Source: Octopus bimaculoides (lineage: Eukaryota). Taken from it: a stretch of 47,218 nt of DNA. The translations under genes and the position numbers were made by a program. Below the pieces are notes generated by a model. The model was given only the letters and a program-made list of their open reading frames with translations. It did not search any database and was not told the origin of the DNA. The stretch is taken from positions 62,480,153-62,527,370 of the forward strand of contig NC_068989.1 of NCBI RefSeq assembly GCF_001194135.2, given 5' to 3'. Within the stretch, counting starts at the first letter, position 1. Each line of letters opens with the position of its first letter. Shown here one piece after another: positions 1 through 13,260 of this stretch.

Positions 1-241
1 ATATATATATATATAGCTGGTTTCATGTAGGGGCTGAGACGATGCTGGGGTGATGATTGGGTTTCTTTCCAGTATTCTTTTTGGTGAAGGAGCTAATTGG
101 TGCGACTTGTAGGGTGATCTGGTAACTCAGATAAAAAAGATTGTCCGAGGTTTGTTTGTAAACTTCCCATCTGTTTAGCAGGACGTTGAAAATATATGGG
201 TATTTGAAAGCTAAGTTGTTACAGTCATCTTTCTGATCATC

Positions 242-910
242 ATGTTGTTGGGGTGTCAGTCTAGACGCTTTTGTTATCAGCCATCCCCACTAATCCCTGT
301 TCTTTGTCATGTGTAGCAGGTTTGCCGTGGTGTGACCTGCCCAGGCCTTCATACTGTCAAAGCAGAATTTTCTTTGTCTTCCTCTCTTTCACCTCCACTC
401 AATTGAGCCCTGGAGGATGTCTTTAGATAGAGAGCTGTGGCAGGATAGTTGACCGTATCATGTAAGCTTTCGTAATTTTACCTAGGCAAGCAGTCATTCC
501 TATCTACCAGCATATTTTTTGATTTACTACCCAACAAAACTGTTCGTTATGTGTTCCTCTGTACAGGATTTGTACCAGGTTTCTGAAATATATCTGCTCA
601 AATACCTGGATTCTTCATTCCATGTCATCTGTAAGAGGTCAACTCACACCGTACAGAAGATCAACACTTTGATTCTTACTAGAGAACGCATCGGAATGCC
701 CTAAGTCTGTTTAGCAGCACGCTTACTAATATTTTGCTGGGTGGCTAATTAGGCTCTATTACTCTGTTGCTATATCAGAGAACACGACTTCGCTTACACT
801 TTCGTCTCGAATATATTCTTACAGGTATTGGTTATTGCCTTGATAAATTTTGAGCATGAGTACTGCCTCTTCGATTTCCTCTTGGATGATTTCGAGCATC
901 CCCACGTTCT
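242..910 (-). mobile_element. Degenerate RTE-clade non-LTR retrotransposon fragments (RT region and C-terminus)
   Basis: Manual minus-strand translation of about 478-242 gives KLRKLT*YGQLSCHSSLSKDILQGSIEWR*KRGRQRKFCFDSMKAWAGHTTANLLHMTKNRD*W. This matches the RTE ORF C-terminal pattern (WFGH...SLxKxILQGxxEG.R.RGRQRK.W.D.IKEW). IKVLIFCT near 670-640 and EIIQEEIEEAVLMLK near 895-850 resemble upstream RT segments. In-frame stops are present. Confidence 0.8.
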
Positions 911-2746
911 CTGTTGTTGGTTTTGTTGTTATTGTTGTCCTAGATGTCGTCGCCGTTGTTGTTGTTCTTCTTTCTTCTTGTTCTAGTTCTTGTTCATGTT
1001 ATTGAAATTATTTACTATGTTGGTATCATATTTGAGATTGTGATTGTAAAGTTTTCTGCAATATTTAGATCATTTGTTAAAGACACTATTCTCATCCGTT
1101 AGGAGCAGGCCTATTTTGTTAACATTGATAGTGGTGGTGTGTTTCAATGTGTATGCTATGGTGGGTTTTATATACAGCCTTGCTGTTGCCTTCCGTTATT
1201 CTAGTTTCGAAGATTTTTCACTGATCTACTATCTTTTCTCTTTTTATTTCCTTCATTTCCATCTCCCAAACTGATATTCACTGCATCCAACTCAATCTCC
1301 ATCTCTGAGTATCATATATTGCTGGTGACCACTTCTTCTTCAAGCTTTCGGCCCTTCACTGAATTTAGCCTTCCGGCAGAAGCAGTTGCTGCTGTGTAGC
1401 TGAGAATGGTCTTGCATCCAAAGGTGAGAGTCAGGTGAAAACCAGTGTACCCCACCATGATTAAAGATGGTGCTGCCGGAAATTAAGGTATTATCTCTAC
1501 CCGAAGACCCTTGTATGACAAATACGAGATCGCTTATACTATGCAGAGCCACCTATTTGGTGGTTGGTACAGTTTTCCTTCCCAAAATTGGGAGTTAGAT
1601 TCTTCAGGATTTTCCATTTGTTTATCATTGCATATCTTTCGCGTCTTCTCTCCCAGTAGATCATCTGTTTCAAACTTCTTCATGTATTGGCGTTGGAGTT
1701 TCTCGAGTTCGGCTGTGAGTTTGATGCACTGAGGCAACTATAAACATCGTCGTCGAAACTTGTAGAGTGCAGATTTTTTTTCTTCTTGGAATTTGGACGC
1801 CATTACACAAAGAAGATGGACTCGGTACAATATATGGACTGCTGGGAGATGTTGAAGGCAGTAAGGATCTATTCCCTAGAGAGAAGACACAAAATGTCTC
1901 GAGATATGCAATATGGAAAACTAGCTATTTTTGTATAAACGCGTGCATATTTATGCATGTTTATGCAAGTATACAAAAGAAAATGTATATTTGCTGAAAG
2001 TGCCCATGAGATGCAGTATTTAGTTTTAATTTCTTGATCCTTTTCATCAGTAGTGACAGTAAATCTTTAAATCTTTAATCAAAACTAATGAGCACTGAAA
2101 TATTGCAACCTTTGCGTATCTATTGACTTGAACGAAGTATATTAGTTAAATAAGTTAAATAGTGAAACCGCAGACGAAGTTATGTATTTATCCACCAGAA
2201 ATCGAGCAAAATCTCGGGAATCTCACATATTATTATGATGATATTCCAACGTTCGTCAGTCTGATGTCTACCCATACGCACTCTTGTTTACGTATTCACA
2301 AGTATATTTTATCCAAAACTGAAATCTTACAAAAGGTCAGGTTCTTTGAGTGGCATGATGTAAACATAGACATAACATTGCCATTTATTATGTCTAGTAA
2401 TCATTGATAATGATTAAGCCATGTTTATTGTTGATGTTATTGTTGCTGTTGTTGCTGCTATTGAGGCTGCTGCTACTTCAGCTACTTTTCTTGCTACAAT
2501 TATCTATGAGTATTTATGGTGTTGCGTGTCTATAGATCATGTGCAACCCTTCATGAATTATTACTATACAAAAGGCTAACATTGATCTATCCACTATGCT
2601 ATTGTCATCTCCTCTGTTGTTTTAGCTGATACTTCTGTTATTATTGTTACTGCTCTCTTGGTTGCTTTGGCTATGGTATTTTAGCAAACTCTGTATCTTC
2701 GTATCACATAAATTAAACATACATTGCCGAAGCGAACAAACACAAA

Positions 2747-2833
2747 ACACACACACACACACACACATACACACACACACACACACATACACGCACACAC
2801 ACACACNNNNNNNNNNCACACACACACACACAT

Positions 2834-2872
<39 letters not shown>
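2747..2872. repeat. (CA)n microsatellite with a small N gap
   Basis: Directly visible. Confidence 0.97.
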
Positions 2873-2875
<3 letters not shown>

Positions 2876-3258
2876 CACGCAAACGTAGACTCATGCATAT
2901 ATAAACTCACACAATCACAAAGGGAAATGTACACAGAAATCCCTAGAAACAGATTATTGAATCGCACACTTACATACACACTCAGACAATTAATTATGTG
3001 CATATTGTTATAGCTACACTCAAATACACATACATCCCCACACGTACACACTACACAGCTTACTGATTTACACAAACACATTCAGATACACACTCACACA
3101 TACAATTACACACACACCTGTATCTAAATGCTATGCCGACCGGCAAAAAAAATTTTTATGATGTCTAACATTTGTTTGATGATAAAGATGAGCGACTAAG
3201 GATGTATTGAAGTTTCCGAGTACTTAGTCAACAATAATATAATTGTTGCTATAGGTAG

Positions 3259-3540
3259 GTGATGTTAATCTTGATTGTGTTATCGATAACAGTGGTCGTG
3301 GTATCGATGCTACTATTACAACTTTTCCGGCTGCTGCTATCGCTGCTCCTGCTATTTCCTCTGAGGCTGTCGATGGTGATGATGATGATGATGATGATGA
3401 TGATGACGACGATAATGATGATGTTGATGATGATGATGATGATGATGAGGTGGAGGAGGAGGAGGAGGAGGAGGCTGATGATGAGGATGATGAAAATTAT
3501 GAGGCTTGTGCTGGTGGTTATGTTCATTATGTCATAAGTG
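3259..3540. repeat. Compound degenerate trinucleotide repeat, (GAT)n/(GAG)n/(GCT)n
   Basis: Directly visible; it produces the poly-M/R/I ORF artefacts. Confidence 0.93.
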
Positions 3541-3772
3541 AATGCCAGGAATTTTGGTGATGGCTCTGATGTTAATGACCATGAGTTTCGAATCAATAAA
3601 AAAAATTACACACACACACACACCCATATTTACTCATACACATACAGAGCAGGCACGTAAATGCATTTACATACACACACATATCTTCAGATGTACATAT
3701 ACACATCATTAGATACCTCCCTCTCCTTTAAATAAATAAATAAATATATAAATAAATAAATAAAGTCAAAAT

Positions 3773-3957
3773 TTAACGGATACTGTTCTCCATTAGTTTC
3801 CTCTGCAAACTCTGGTAACCAATGCAGGCACGAGAATTTTAAAACTAAGGGCTAGAAAACATGGCTACGGAAGCGAGATCTCTTTGATCTAGCTTACGTA
3901 GCCATTTTCTCTAAATCTTAAGTTTAAGGGCAATGCTTTTAACTTTTGAACCGTTAA
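3773..3957. repeat. Palindromic (MITE-like) element
   Basis: Terminal TTAACGG (3773-3779) and CCGTTAA (3951-3957). The central arms agaaaacatggctacggaagcgagatc and gatctagcttacgtagccattttctct are imperfect reverse complements around a 5-nt spacer. Confidence 0.55.
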
Positions 3958-5069
3958 CTGTGACGTCTCGTATTACCTAACTTGCCCCTCAGTCACACCA
4001 CAGTGCCTTTCTATCAGTTCTCTCTCATTACATTTTAAAATCAACAATACATCCTCTACTCTTCTTATTTTCTTTTCGTATTCAAGTTGTAAATATTTAT
4101 GAAAAGCGTTCTCTACTAATCAATCTTTGTCCAGTGTTTTGTACTGAGGATAATATGACTTCATCATACGAGTATTTCTGGATCCGTCTAATGTCATAAA
4201 CACAAAACTACTTGCTCTTAATACATAATATGCTTGTTTTCAGTAATCGTGTATTCAAATCAAGTGTAAAAATAAGATTTGACTTCATTGTTAAATTATG
4301 TACGCAACATTCCATATGACTACATTCTGTATATCTAGTATTTTTTTCATTTGCTCTGTCTGTCTTTTCCTTTTTCCTTGTGTGAGTGTCCATCACTTTA
4401 TATTTACACACACACACACACACATGTTTTGAGTTGTAATTTCTTGTTTGCATCACCAAACACGTCTGCACACACACACATATACGCGCAGAGTTTAAAC
4501 ATGTTCGACTAATAGTTCTACGCTTTAGAGATACAATAATTTGGCAGATTATTATACCATATCATGTCTCTCTGAGCAATATTTCAGACTCAGTTCAAAA
4601 CATATCGCTTTACAAACCGGTGAAGTTTGGTTTTTCCAGTTTGACAAGACAAACCTGACTATATGAGTTCATTTGATAAATTATTCGAATCTGGAATTAA
4701 GTAGTGTGGTGGAATTCTGTGAGCTTAATAGTATGTGCCATCATTCTGTCATTACATTACTAATAAATGTTTAAGTGAATCTTTAAAGTCTTAATGTGTT
4801 TCTGAATGACTAACTTCTGTCTCTCACGTAGCACTTGCTATATACACACACACACATACAGAAATATATATACATACACACACAAACAGACTTACATGCA
4901 CGCGCGCGCGCATATACACTCACTCACACATATATAAGATATAACGCAAATTTTCCATTACATATGAACAAAATTTCATTTTCTTTAATCACATCATCCA
5001 TTCTAATACGCAACGGTACACCTTGTACTAATTCTTGCTATGAACTAGTATTCAATCTATGTGGGAATT

Positions 5070-5119
<50 letters not shown>

Positions 5120-6759
5120 TCTCCCTCATTACTACATTAATATCATTAATACAAGAACTATCAACTAACCTCGAGTGTCGACATTCTCTTGCTTAAGAAA
5201 TGAAAGATGTTGTTATTTTCATGATTCAGATACCCACTTGTTTGGTTTTACAATAGTGAATTAGAGATTTCAAATTAATATCCGACTGGGAATTGAAAGC
5301 TGAACTGGTGTTAAACGATATTAGATATTTTAAAACAGATATGTTTATTCTCGATGAAATCTAAATCATTTCATCGATCCTTATGTAATAAAACGCAATG
5401 AATCGTCTGCAAAAACTTAAACAGCTGTACAGTAAATGTTTACCTCTGATATTTACATAGAATCAACAAATTCGAACGAAAAACAGACAATGCGATGCCA
5501 ATAGAAATAATCGCCGTGGAATGTGTTAGAAATGGCTCGAACATTTGAAAGTACCTTCAGTATTCTATGAAATTAAAAGGAGAAATGAAAGAAATATATG
5601 ACAGAAAATTTCGTTTTTTCTTTTTCGAATCTAATACAATGTGTTAGTTAATTAAATCTTTATTGTTATAATTTTAGTAATGTTGCAATTTTATTGTTGT
5701 AATATTAGAGGCTCGTCCTTTCTCTTTTCTAATTCGATTTCTACATGCTGAAATGAGTTCAGTATTTAAAGAATATTTATTCACATTAAATTTCAAACTT
5801 TTAAACTTTAAAAGTTTATTAAAAACTTGTAGAGAATTTGGATAGACACAGCTTTATCACTGAAAGGATTTTTTTTTTCCGCTACTCTAAACTTTGAAAT
5901 AAAATCTAAGTACTCGTTTGAAAATTATAGGCGACGGGTACTTTCGCTGTCGACTTTAAATATACAGCTATATTTATTTTAGAAACCCCTTTCGTAGAAA
6001 GAAAACTGTGCCCAGTTTCGATGGCAGTTAGTATATGACGTGGTGTAGCATATTTTATCAGGCCTTTTTGCAGGTATTTGGGTTATTATGTAAGTCATAG
6101 ATCTTTCATATCCAAGTACAGAAATAACAAAAATAATAAGAGACCAACCTACACAGAGAGATTTATAAAGTATAGTCGCATATTTTACAGAATATTTGGG
6201 TTAAGCGATTCGATATTTAATATTTCTGTACTTGGGTATTTTATTAGAAATAAACCAACGAAAAGGGAATATTGTATCCAAATATATAGGTATTCCTCTG
6301 TCGCTGCAGTGACTACAGTATTCATTTCATTCTGTAGAAAATCATAGTTTATACAATGGGAAACTTAAGAAATATTATTAGATTAAAACAACTATTAATA
6401 CAAGACCCTGAAGATTAGTTTAACTACAAACAGTTTTGTGCTTCTGGATAGTAATAGAAATTCTACACACACCGATTTGGTTATTATAGGTTAACATAAT
6501 CTCGAAGGGGGAAAAAAAGGCAAAATGTAGCAATAACTGACCATTCCAACATTCCTACTTTCGTTTATTCCTGCCGCCTATTTTACGCGATTTTTAACCT
6601 TTTCATTAATCATCGCAAGCATCATTGATGAATTAAACAACCAATAGGAAATTGAAATTTGGACACGAGAAAGAGCCGAAGATGACTAACGATGACGACA
6701 GTACATGTGTCTACAAATCTGCTCGTATGGGAGTGTGTGACTTTATGAATGTATATTTG

Positions 6760-6878
6760 TATGTGTGTATGCATATTTGTATGTATGTATACATATTGTA
6801 TGTATATATGTATGTATGTATGCATGTATGTGTGTATGTATGTATGTATGTATGTATGTATGTATGTATATGTATAGA
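6760..6878. repeat. (TATG)n/(TA)n microsatellite
   Basis: Directly visible. Confidence 0.95.
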
Positions 6879-7059
6879 ATATATGTGAATTGGAAAACGA
6901 AGCATATAGCCAAATGTTCCTGCCTAGTAGTAAATTCTATTTTCCACTCCTGTAGCCATTATGGTTAGAAGAAAGATATGAAACCACCGAATATCCTAAT
7001 GGGTGTATTACGAGTCACGTGTTTATACATAAACATATGTGTGTCTGTATGCCTTTGTA

Positions 7060-7530
7060 AACGATACAAGGAAAACAAGGACGAGTCATTCAGAGTTTTC
7101 TTTCCTCAGGCGAGTTCCAGATTGTCTATGCAATTTCGGCTGGTTATACTCGAGATTGCTCCAGTCTAGCCAGCCGCGAGGAAAAAGTAAGCTAAGAACA
7201 TTAGATTCCTCGGAAGAAACAGCGAATATATACGAAGACAAGGATGGGAAAAAAAACGGAGGATATTACACAAATACAAATAACAGGACATAACAACAGG
7301 TGTCTCTCTACTATCGACGAATTAAATTCAGCTGACGTGTGTGGGAATAGAGCCTTACGGCAGGGATACAAGCTTTCACAGGCACAGGGAGGAAGATATA
7401 TGTTGCACGGACGGCGGCCGAACCAAGAAAGAAAGTTAAGGTTTGGGCGAACACCGATCACGTGAAGAGAGAAGAGAGAGGAAGGTAGAGGCAGAGGGAC
7501 AGAACAATTAAGGAGGGGCGATCTTTCCCA
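7060..7530. repeat. Unclassified interspersed repeat (GC-richer block with a purine-rich end)
   Basis: Composition differs from the flanks and it contains a CGGCTGG/CCAGCCG hairpin (7137-7176). It resembles repeats I associate with octopus genomes; not verified by search. Confidence 0.35.
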
Positions 7531-8043
7531 TTTACAATATATATANNNNNNNNNNNNNNNNNNNNNNNNNNNNNNNNNNNNNNNNNNNNNNNNNNNNNNN
7601 NNNNNNNNNNNNNNNNNNNNNNNNNNNNNNNNNNNNNNNNNNNNNNNNNNNNNNNNNNNNNNNNNNNNNNNNNNNNNNNNNNNNNNNNNNNNNNNNNNNN
7701 NNNNNNNNNNNNNNNNNNNNNNNNNNNNNNNNNNNNNNNNNNNNNNNNNNNNNNNNNNNNNNNNNNNNNNNNNNNNNNNNNNNNNNNNNNNNNNNNNNNN
7801 NNNNNNNNNNNNNNNNNNNNNNNNNNNNNNNNNNNNNNNNNNNNNNNNNNNNNNNNNNNNNNNNNNNNNNNNNNNNNNNNNNNNNNNNNNNNNNNNNNNN
7901 NNNNNNNNNNNNNNNNNNNNNNNNNNNNNNNNNNNNNNNNNNNNNNNNNNNNNNNNNNNNNNNNNNNNNNNNNNNNNNNNNNNNNNNNNNNNNNNNNNNN
8001 NNNNNNNNNNNNNNNNNNNNNNNNNNNNNNNNNNNNNNNNNNN

Positions 8044-8092
<49 letters not shown>

Positions 8093-9779
8093 GTATACAT
8101 AGTTCACATAAACTTTACTACGATTAATACATATACATATATATATATATACACATATGCTTACATATAAACAGCGTTCACCCTTTATACTGTTCTCGTC
8201 AATAGAATTTAATTGACTTGTTTCCACTAGGCTTTCATAAAAGCCCCAGTTAATATTTCACACGTAGGCATGTATTGGTGAAAGAAATTTTTTTCAACAC
8301 ATTGCCGTAGTCTTTTAGACTGCTATACACATAGTTACTACTCAATGCATCAACAAGAAAACCTCAGGAAGTATTTCTAAAATCTTAAACAAAATGTTAG
8401 AATGCTCAATGGTTGTAGAAACTATAGAGATTCAATGGCACGATCTTGTCTTCAGCAGAAAACTAATGGATAGAAACTGACAGTTGAAGTTTATCGCAGC
8501 AATAATATTACGCATGAACTTAGACACCGGAATAGCAGGTCAGACAAAGGCGGTCAGACACAACGACACATGCGTATTCACATCAGGAAGATGAAAACGA
8601 TAATGCTACTTCACGCTAGGACTTGACGTAACAGAACATTGTATTTGTAATACAATGTGAAATACGATGCAGGAATGTTTTACCATCTCTTTTCGTTGAT
8701 AAACATGACATGGTTGAAAGGAAAGTTACACATGATTTATACAAATGTGTAAAGCGCTATCTCCCTAGCAGGACCACGATACAATAGTTGAAGTCAGTTC
8801 GAATAACGAACAGCAAACATAAATGTACACGTAAGTCTACATACGTATGTAAATTTACATATATACATATAGGAATACGTACATATGCATACATACGCGC
8901 ATGTACCTGTCTGTGTGTGCGCTTATATATATATACGTATATNNNNNNNNNNNNNNNNNNNNNNNNNNNNNNNNNNNNNNNNNNNNNNNNNNNNNNNNNN
9001 NNNNNNNNNNNNNNNNNNNNNNNNNNNNNNNNNNNNNNNNNNNNNNNNNNNNNNNNNNNNNNNNNNNNNNNNNNNNNNNNNNNNNNNNNNNNNNNNNNNN
9101 NNNNNTATATATATATATATATATATATATATTGTATGTCTCTTTGCGTGTGTGTGTGGGGGGGGGTATATACAAATATACAAATGTGTGTGAGCATATA
9201 TTCACTTGTATGCATACATTTACGTTTGTGTTTATGTATCTTTCTGAATCTTGTACTTTGTAAACAATATATAAGGGATGGGTCTACTACGATTGCACTT
9301 CGCTGATTCTGATTTCAGATTAGTAAACGAGAACAACTTTAAACGAAGGGATGATAAACACTATCTGGTGCGGGAATAGAACCAACTACCCAATTATTTT
9401 GTAATTGGACAGATTCATTAAACATAAACATATTCACATTTTACCAATCTTTAACATGAGAGAAATATGAATGGAAATACATTAACACTACACAGTAGGT
9501 ATGCGGGAAAGCAAAGATGATAAAGTTAAATGATAAATGAAGAAATAGAGTGAACGCGTCTCCTGAAGGAACTTTTCATGTACAATTTACGCCTCGTTGG
9601 AGTAGTTTTCTTTCACCAATACACTTGCACAACAACAACAAGAACTACAACCACACTCATGACGAGAACCGTCATCACTATTGCCGACAACAGCACCATC
9701 GCTCATTGAGTAAATATAATGAAAGACTTACTTCTTGTACTAGACACACTCATGATCGTACATACGCACACTTACTTAT

Positions 9780-9817
9780 TCACACACACACACACAGGCA
9801 CACGCACACGCGCGCAA

Positions 9818-9876
<59 letters not shown>
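9780..9876. repeat. (CA)n microsatellite
   Basis: Directly visible. Confidence 0.97.
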
Positions 9877-9879
<3 letters not shown>

Positions 9880-10145
9880 GCGCACATATATTTTACGTTC
9901 TTTTCTTCCCCATATTTCGGGATGGTCATCTCATTTCTTACCAACGCTAGTGTTCTTGTTTTATGCCCATTGTCTGGATATCTTCCGTAATACACAACAG
10001 TAACCTCTTCAGAGAATATCCATCCGGCATGTTTTCTCCTGTTCTATTCAGCCCATTTCAACACACGATTTCATTTCACATCAGGATTCTTGCAAAAAGA
10101 TTCATAGACGTATAACGTATATACACACACAAACATATATGTATG

Positions 10146-10189
<44 letters not shown>

Positions 10190-11110
10190 NNNNNNNNNNN
10201 NNNNNNNNNNNNNNNNNNNNNNNNNNNNNNNNNNNNNNNNNNNNNNNNNNNNNNNNNNNNNNNNNNNNNNNNNNNNNNNNNNNNNNNNNNNNNNNNNNNN
10301 NNNNNNNNNNNNNNNNNNNNNNNNNNNNNNNNNNNNNNNNNNNNNNNNNNNNNNNNNNNNNNNNNNNNNNNNNNNNNNNNNNNNNNNNNNNNNNNNNNNN
10401 NNNNNNNNNNNNNNNNNNNNNNNNNNNNNNNNNNNNNNNNNNNNNNNNNNNNNNNNNNNNNNNNNNNNNNNNNNNNNNNNNNNNNNNNNNNNNNNNNNNN
10501 NNNNNNNNNNNNNNNNNNNNNNNNNNNNNNNNNNNNNNNNNNNNNNNNNNNNNNNNNNNNNNNNNNNNNNNNNNNNNNNNNNNNNNNNNNNNNNNNNNNN
10601 NNNNNNNNNNNNNNNNNNNNNNNNNNNNNNNNNNNNNNNNNNNNNNNNNNNNNNNNNNNNNNNNNNNNNNNNNNNNNNNNNNNNNNNNNNNNNNNNNNNN
10701 NNNNNNNNNNNNNNNNNNNNNNNNNNNNNNNNNNNNNNNNNNNNNNNNNNNNNNNNNNNNNNNNNNNNNNNNNNNNNNNNNNNNNNNNNNNNNNNNNNNN
10801 NNNNNNNNNNNNNNNNNNNNNNNNNNNNNNNNNNNNNNNNNNNNNNNNNNNNNNNNNNNNNNNNNNNNNNNNNNNNNNNNNNNNNNNNNNNNNNNNNNNN
10901 NNNNNNNNNNNNNNNNNNNNNNNNNNNNNNNNNNNNNNNNNNNNNNNNNNNNNNNNNNNNNNNNNNNNNNNNNNNNNNNNNNNNNNNNNNNNNNNNNNNN
11001 NNNACTTCATATAGAGAATTAACATTGCTTGTTTTCACCTTTTCAATATCAGTGAAGAATGTCACTGGAAAAGAAGATATAAGGTTTGCCAGATTTGTCT
11101 CTCTCACCAA

Positions 11111-11179
11111 GGTCATCAGCTGTCGAACGCCGACGAAGGGAAACAACCCTGAAATCCGGATACGTTCGTGCTGCTGGCC
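11111..11179 (+). ncRNA. Type I hammerhead ribozyme-like motif (U4C core variant)
   Basis: Stem I CGAACG(11124-29)/CGTTCG(11163-68), extended by GGTCATCAGC(11111-20)/GCTGCTGGCC(11170-79). Core CCGACGA(11130-36). Stem II AGGG/CCCT with loop AAACAA. GAAA at 11151-54. Palindromic stem III ATCCGGAT. AUA cleavage triplet at 11160-62. Confidence 0.72.
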
Positions 11180-11321
11180 GAGGTGAGAGGGATAACTCCC
11201 TTGGCAAACAGGACACAGTCGTGTGTCGATAAGCCAGCTGGAGGAGATGTCCTCCTGGGGCTAAAAGCAAGAGTAACATCCACCCCTAGGGGTCAGCCAC
11301 ACTTAAGTGGCAATATACTAC

Positions 11322-11369
<48 letters not shown>

Positions 11370-11680
11370 CATACATATACATGCGTTTGTACATACATTT
11401 GCCTACACACACACACTTATAAAAGCACATATAAATATACATATATATTGTATGTATTTGGAATAGAAGACAGACAGGCGTAAATATCAGAATCAGGGCA
11501 TAACATTGTTTGAACAGCAGATCAATAATTCTGTAATTACGTAACTAAAATTCATAACTCATTACTATAAATTAATGTGAATCGAATCTTATTCAGAATC
11601 GTCAGAAATACTACCTAAGCTAGTCATAAGCTTATGCTAGATTAAAGATATATTTATACGTGTGTACGCAAATATATAAT

Positions 11681-11692
11681 AATAATAATAAT

Positions 11693-11743
<51 letters not shown>
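11681..11743. repeat. (AAT)n microsatellite
   Basis: Directly visible. Confidence 0.97.
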
Positions 11744-11744
<1 letters not shown>

Positions 11745-11930
11745 GAAAGGGGAAAAAATGCTTTCTAATTGATGTATCAATACCAGCAGATGACAACGTT
11801 TCTCTAAAAGAAATGGAAAAACTTTCAAAATACAAAGACCTGGAAATAGAGGTAACTCGAATGTGGAATCTAAAAACAGAAAGAATTCCTATCGTAGTAA
11901 GTGCCTTAGGTATAATAAAAAAAACATCCA
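11744..11930 (+). mobile_element. R4/Dong-like non-LTR retrotransposon fragment, restriction-like endonuclease C-terminus
   Basis: ORF segment RKGKKCFLIDVSIPADDNVSLKEMEKLSKYKDLEIEVTRMWNLKTERIPIVVSALGIIKK fits the RLE D..IP.D....KE.EK..KY..L..E..RMW...VIGALG pattern. It starts directly after (AAT)n. Confidence 0.9.
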
Positions 11931-12318
11931 GAGCCATTGAAAAAACTGTTGTCGTTAACTGACCAAGATTCTAAGCACTTCCAAAACAAAATTAGATAAT
12001 ACAACGCTGCACTACATTATTTGAAGCCACAAGAGATTTAACTCAGTGCAAACTTTCAAGATGCTGCGTATGATTTATCATCGGATCAGCTCTCTGCTAC
12101 CTCTATCAAATGAATCACCAATATCAGACTTTCGTTGTTTATAAATTGTGCCTCTTTTTTTTTTTGGTTATGAAATAAACCAGACAAAACGTGTTTTTCA
12201 ATTACGTGTATTTACTTTATATGAGTTGAAAACTTTCTTTTAACATTTCACATAACGTGTATGTTCCATGTTGGCATGGGTTGGAGAGTTATTAATGTAG
12301 AAAGTTGGTATTGCTGCT

Positions 12319-12406
12319 ACTAGCAGTTGAGACCTGCGTAATCTAGAAGGCGCTTTAAATTACATTATTCTCTTTAATCCATGCAACGCTGGGTATTTCT
12401 GCTAGT
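12319..12406. mobile_element. Small element with Helitron-like CTAG terminus and ACTAGCAG/CTGCTAGT inverted ends
   Basis: ACTAGCAG at 12319-26 and CTGCTAGT at 12399-406. The right end catgcaacgctgggtatttctgctagt looks like a decayed hairpin plus CTAGT. Confidence 0.45.
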
Positions 12407-12644
12407 GTGTGTGTATGTGTGTGTGTTTGTGTGTGTGTATCATGTATGATAACTAATTTTGATAAGTATCCGCGGAGATACGATCCCTTATATTTCTTCA
12501 GTAATACATACTGATAAAATCTCGGGTAATGGACCACACAAATTATTTGAGTGATGATATTGGAAGTGAAGTGTTACTGAAGCTCTTCTAACAATTATCA
12601 AAATTTTGCTACCTCCATCTTTATTTTTGCCTTATATATTTTTA

Positions 12645-12766
12645 CAGGAGTGACTGTGTGGTAAGTAGTTTGCTTACCAAACGCGTCGTTCCGGGTTCGC
12701 TCCCACTGCGTTGTACCTAGGGCAAGTTTGTTGTACTATAGCTCCGAGGTAACCAAAGCATTGTGA
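12645..12766 (+). mobile_element. tRNA-derived SINE, 5' head and CORE-like segment (3'-truncated)
   Basis: A-box-like tgactgtgtggtaag, B-box-like gggttcgctccc and CORE-like ctagggcaag. Homologous to the reverse complement of 44772-44920. Confidence 0.75.
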
Positions 12767-13019
12767 TATATATATGTGAGTGTATAAGCATATATATATA
12801 CATATATATATATATTTGAGTTTTATATTTATACTCATTATATATTTATAGTTTAAGGAAACATAGATAAGTATTTGTGTTTGTGTGTGTGCAATATTCT
12901 TAGGTATTTTATTGGGTTAATAACACCACATTTAATTTGTGGAAGCGCGTGAATTGCTGTGCATGATGCCATAGATAGATAAGAATGCCATGTTTCAGTA
13001 CGTGAGAATTTATGTATAT

Positions 13020-13051
13020 GCATACAAAAATATATACATACATATATGTAT

Positions 13052-13115
<64 letters not shown>

Positions 13116-13155
13116 CATACGTTCATATACATATGTATGCATGCATGTGCGTATA

Positions 13156-13209
<54 letters not shown>

Positions 13210-13260
13210 TACACATGTGTATGACTGCATGTGTGTATATATGTATGTGTACGTATGCGC
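13020..13260. repeat. Compound (AT)n/(CA)n microsatellite
   Basis: Directly visible. Confidence 0.95.

Noticed and set aside
1290-1740. Short ORFs upstream of the RTE fragment
   Set aside because: No convincing endonuclease or other motif, so left uncalled.
5430-5570. Possible minus-strand exon (ILKVLSNVRAISNTFHGDYFYWHRIVCFSFEFVDS) between AG and GT
   Set aside because: No recognisable domain and no partner exon; cannot be supported.
7137-7185. CGGCTGG/CCAGCCG stem followed by GAAA on the minus strand, similar to stem II of the 35489 motif
   Set aside because: No CUGANGA core upstream; it is only a hairpin.
11085-11120. CTGATGA on the minus strand overlapping the 11111 hammerhead
   Set aside because: No stem II-GAAA follows. 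The bases are explained as the plus-strand stem I extension.
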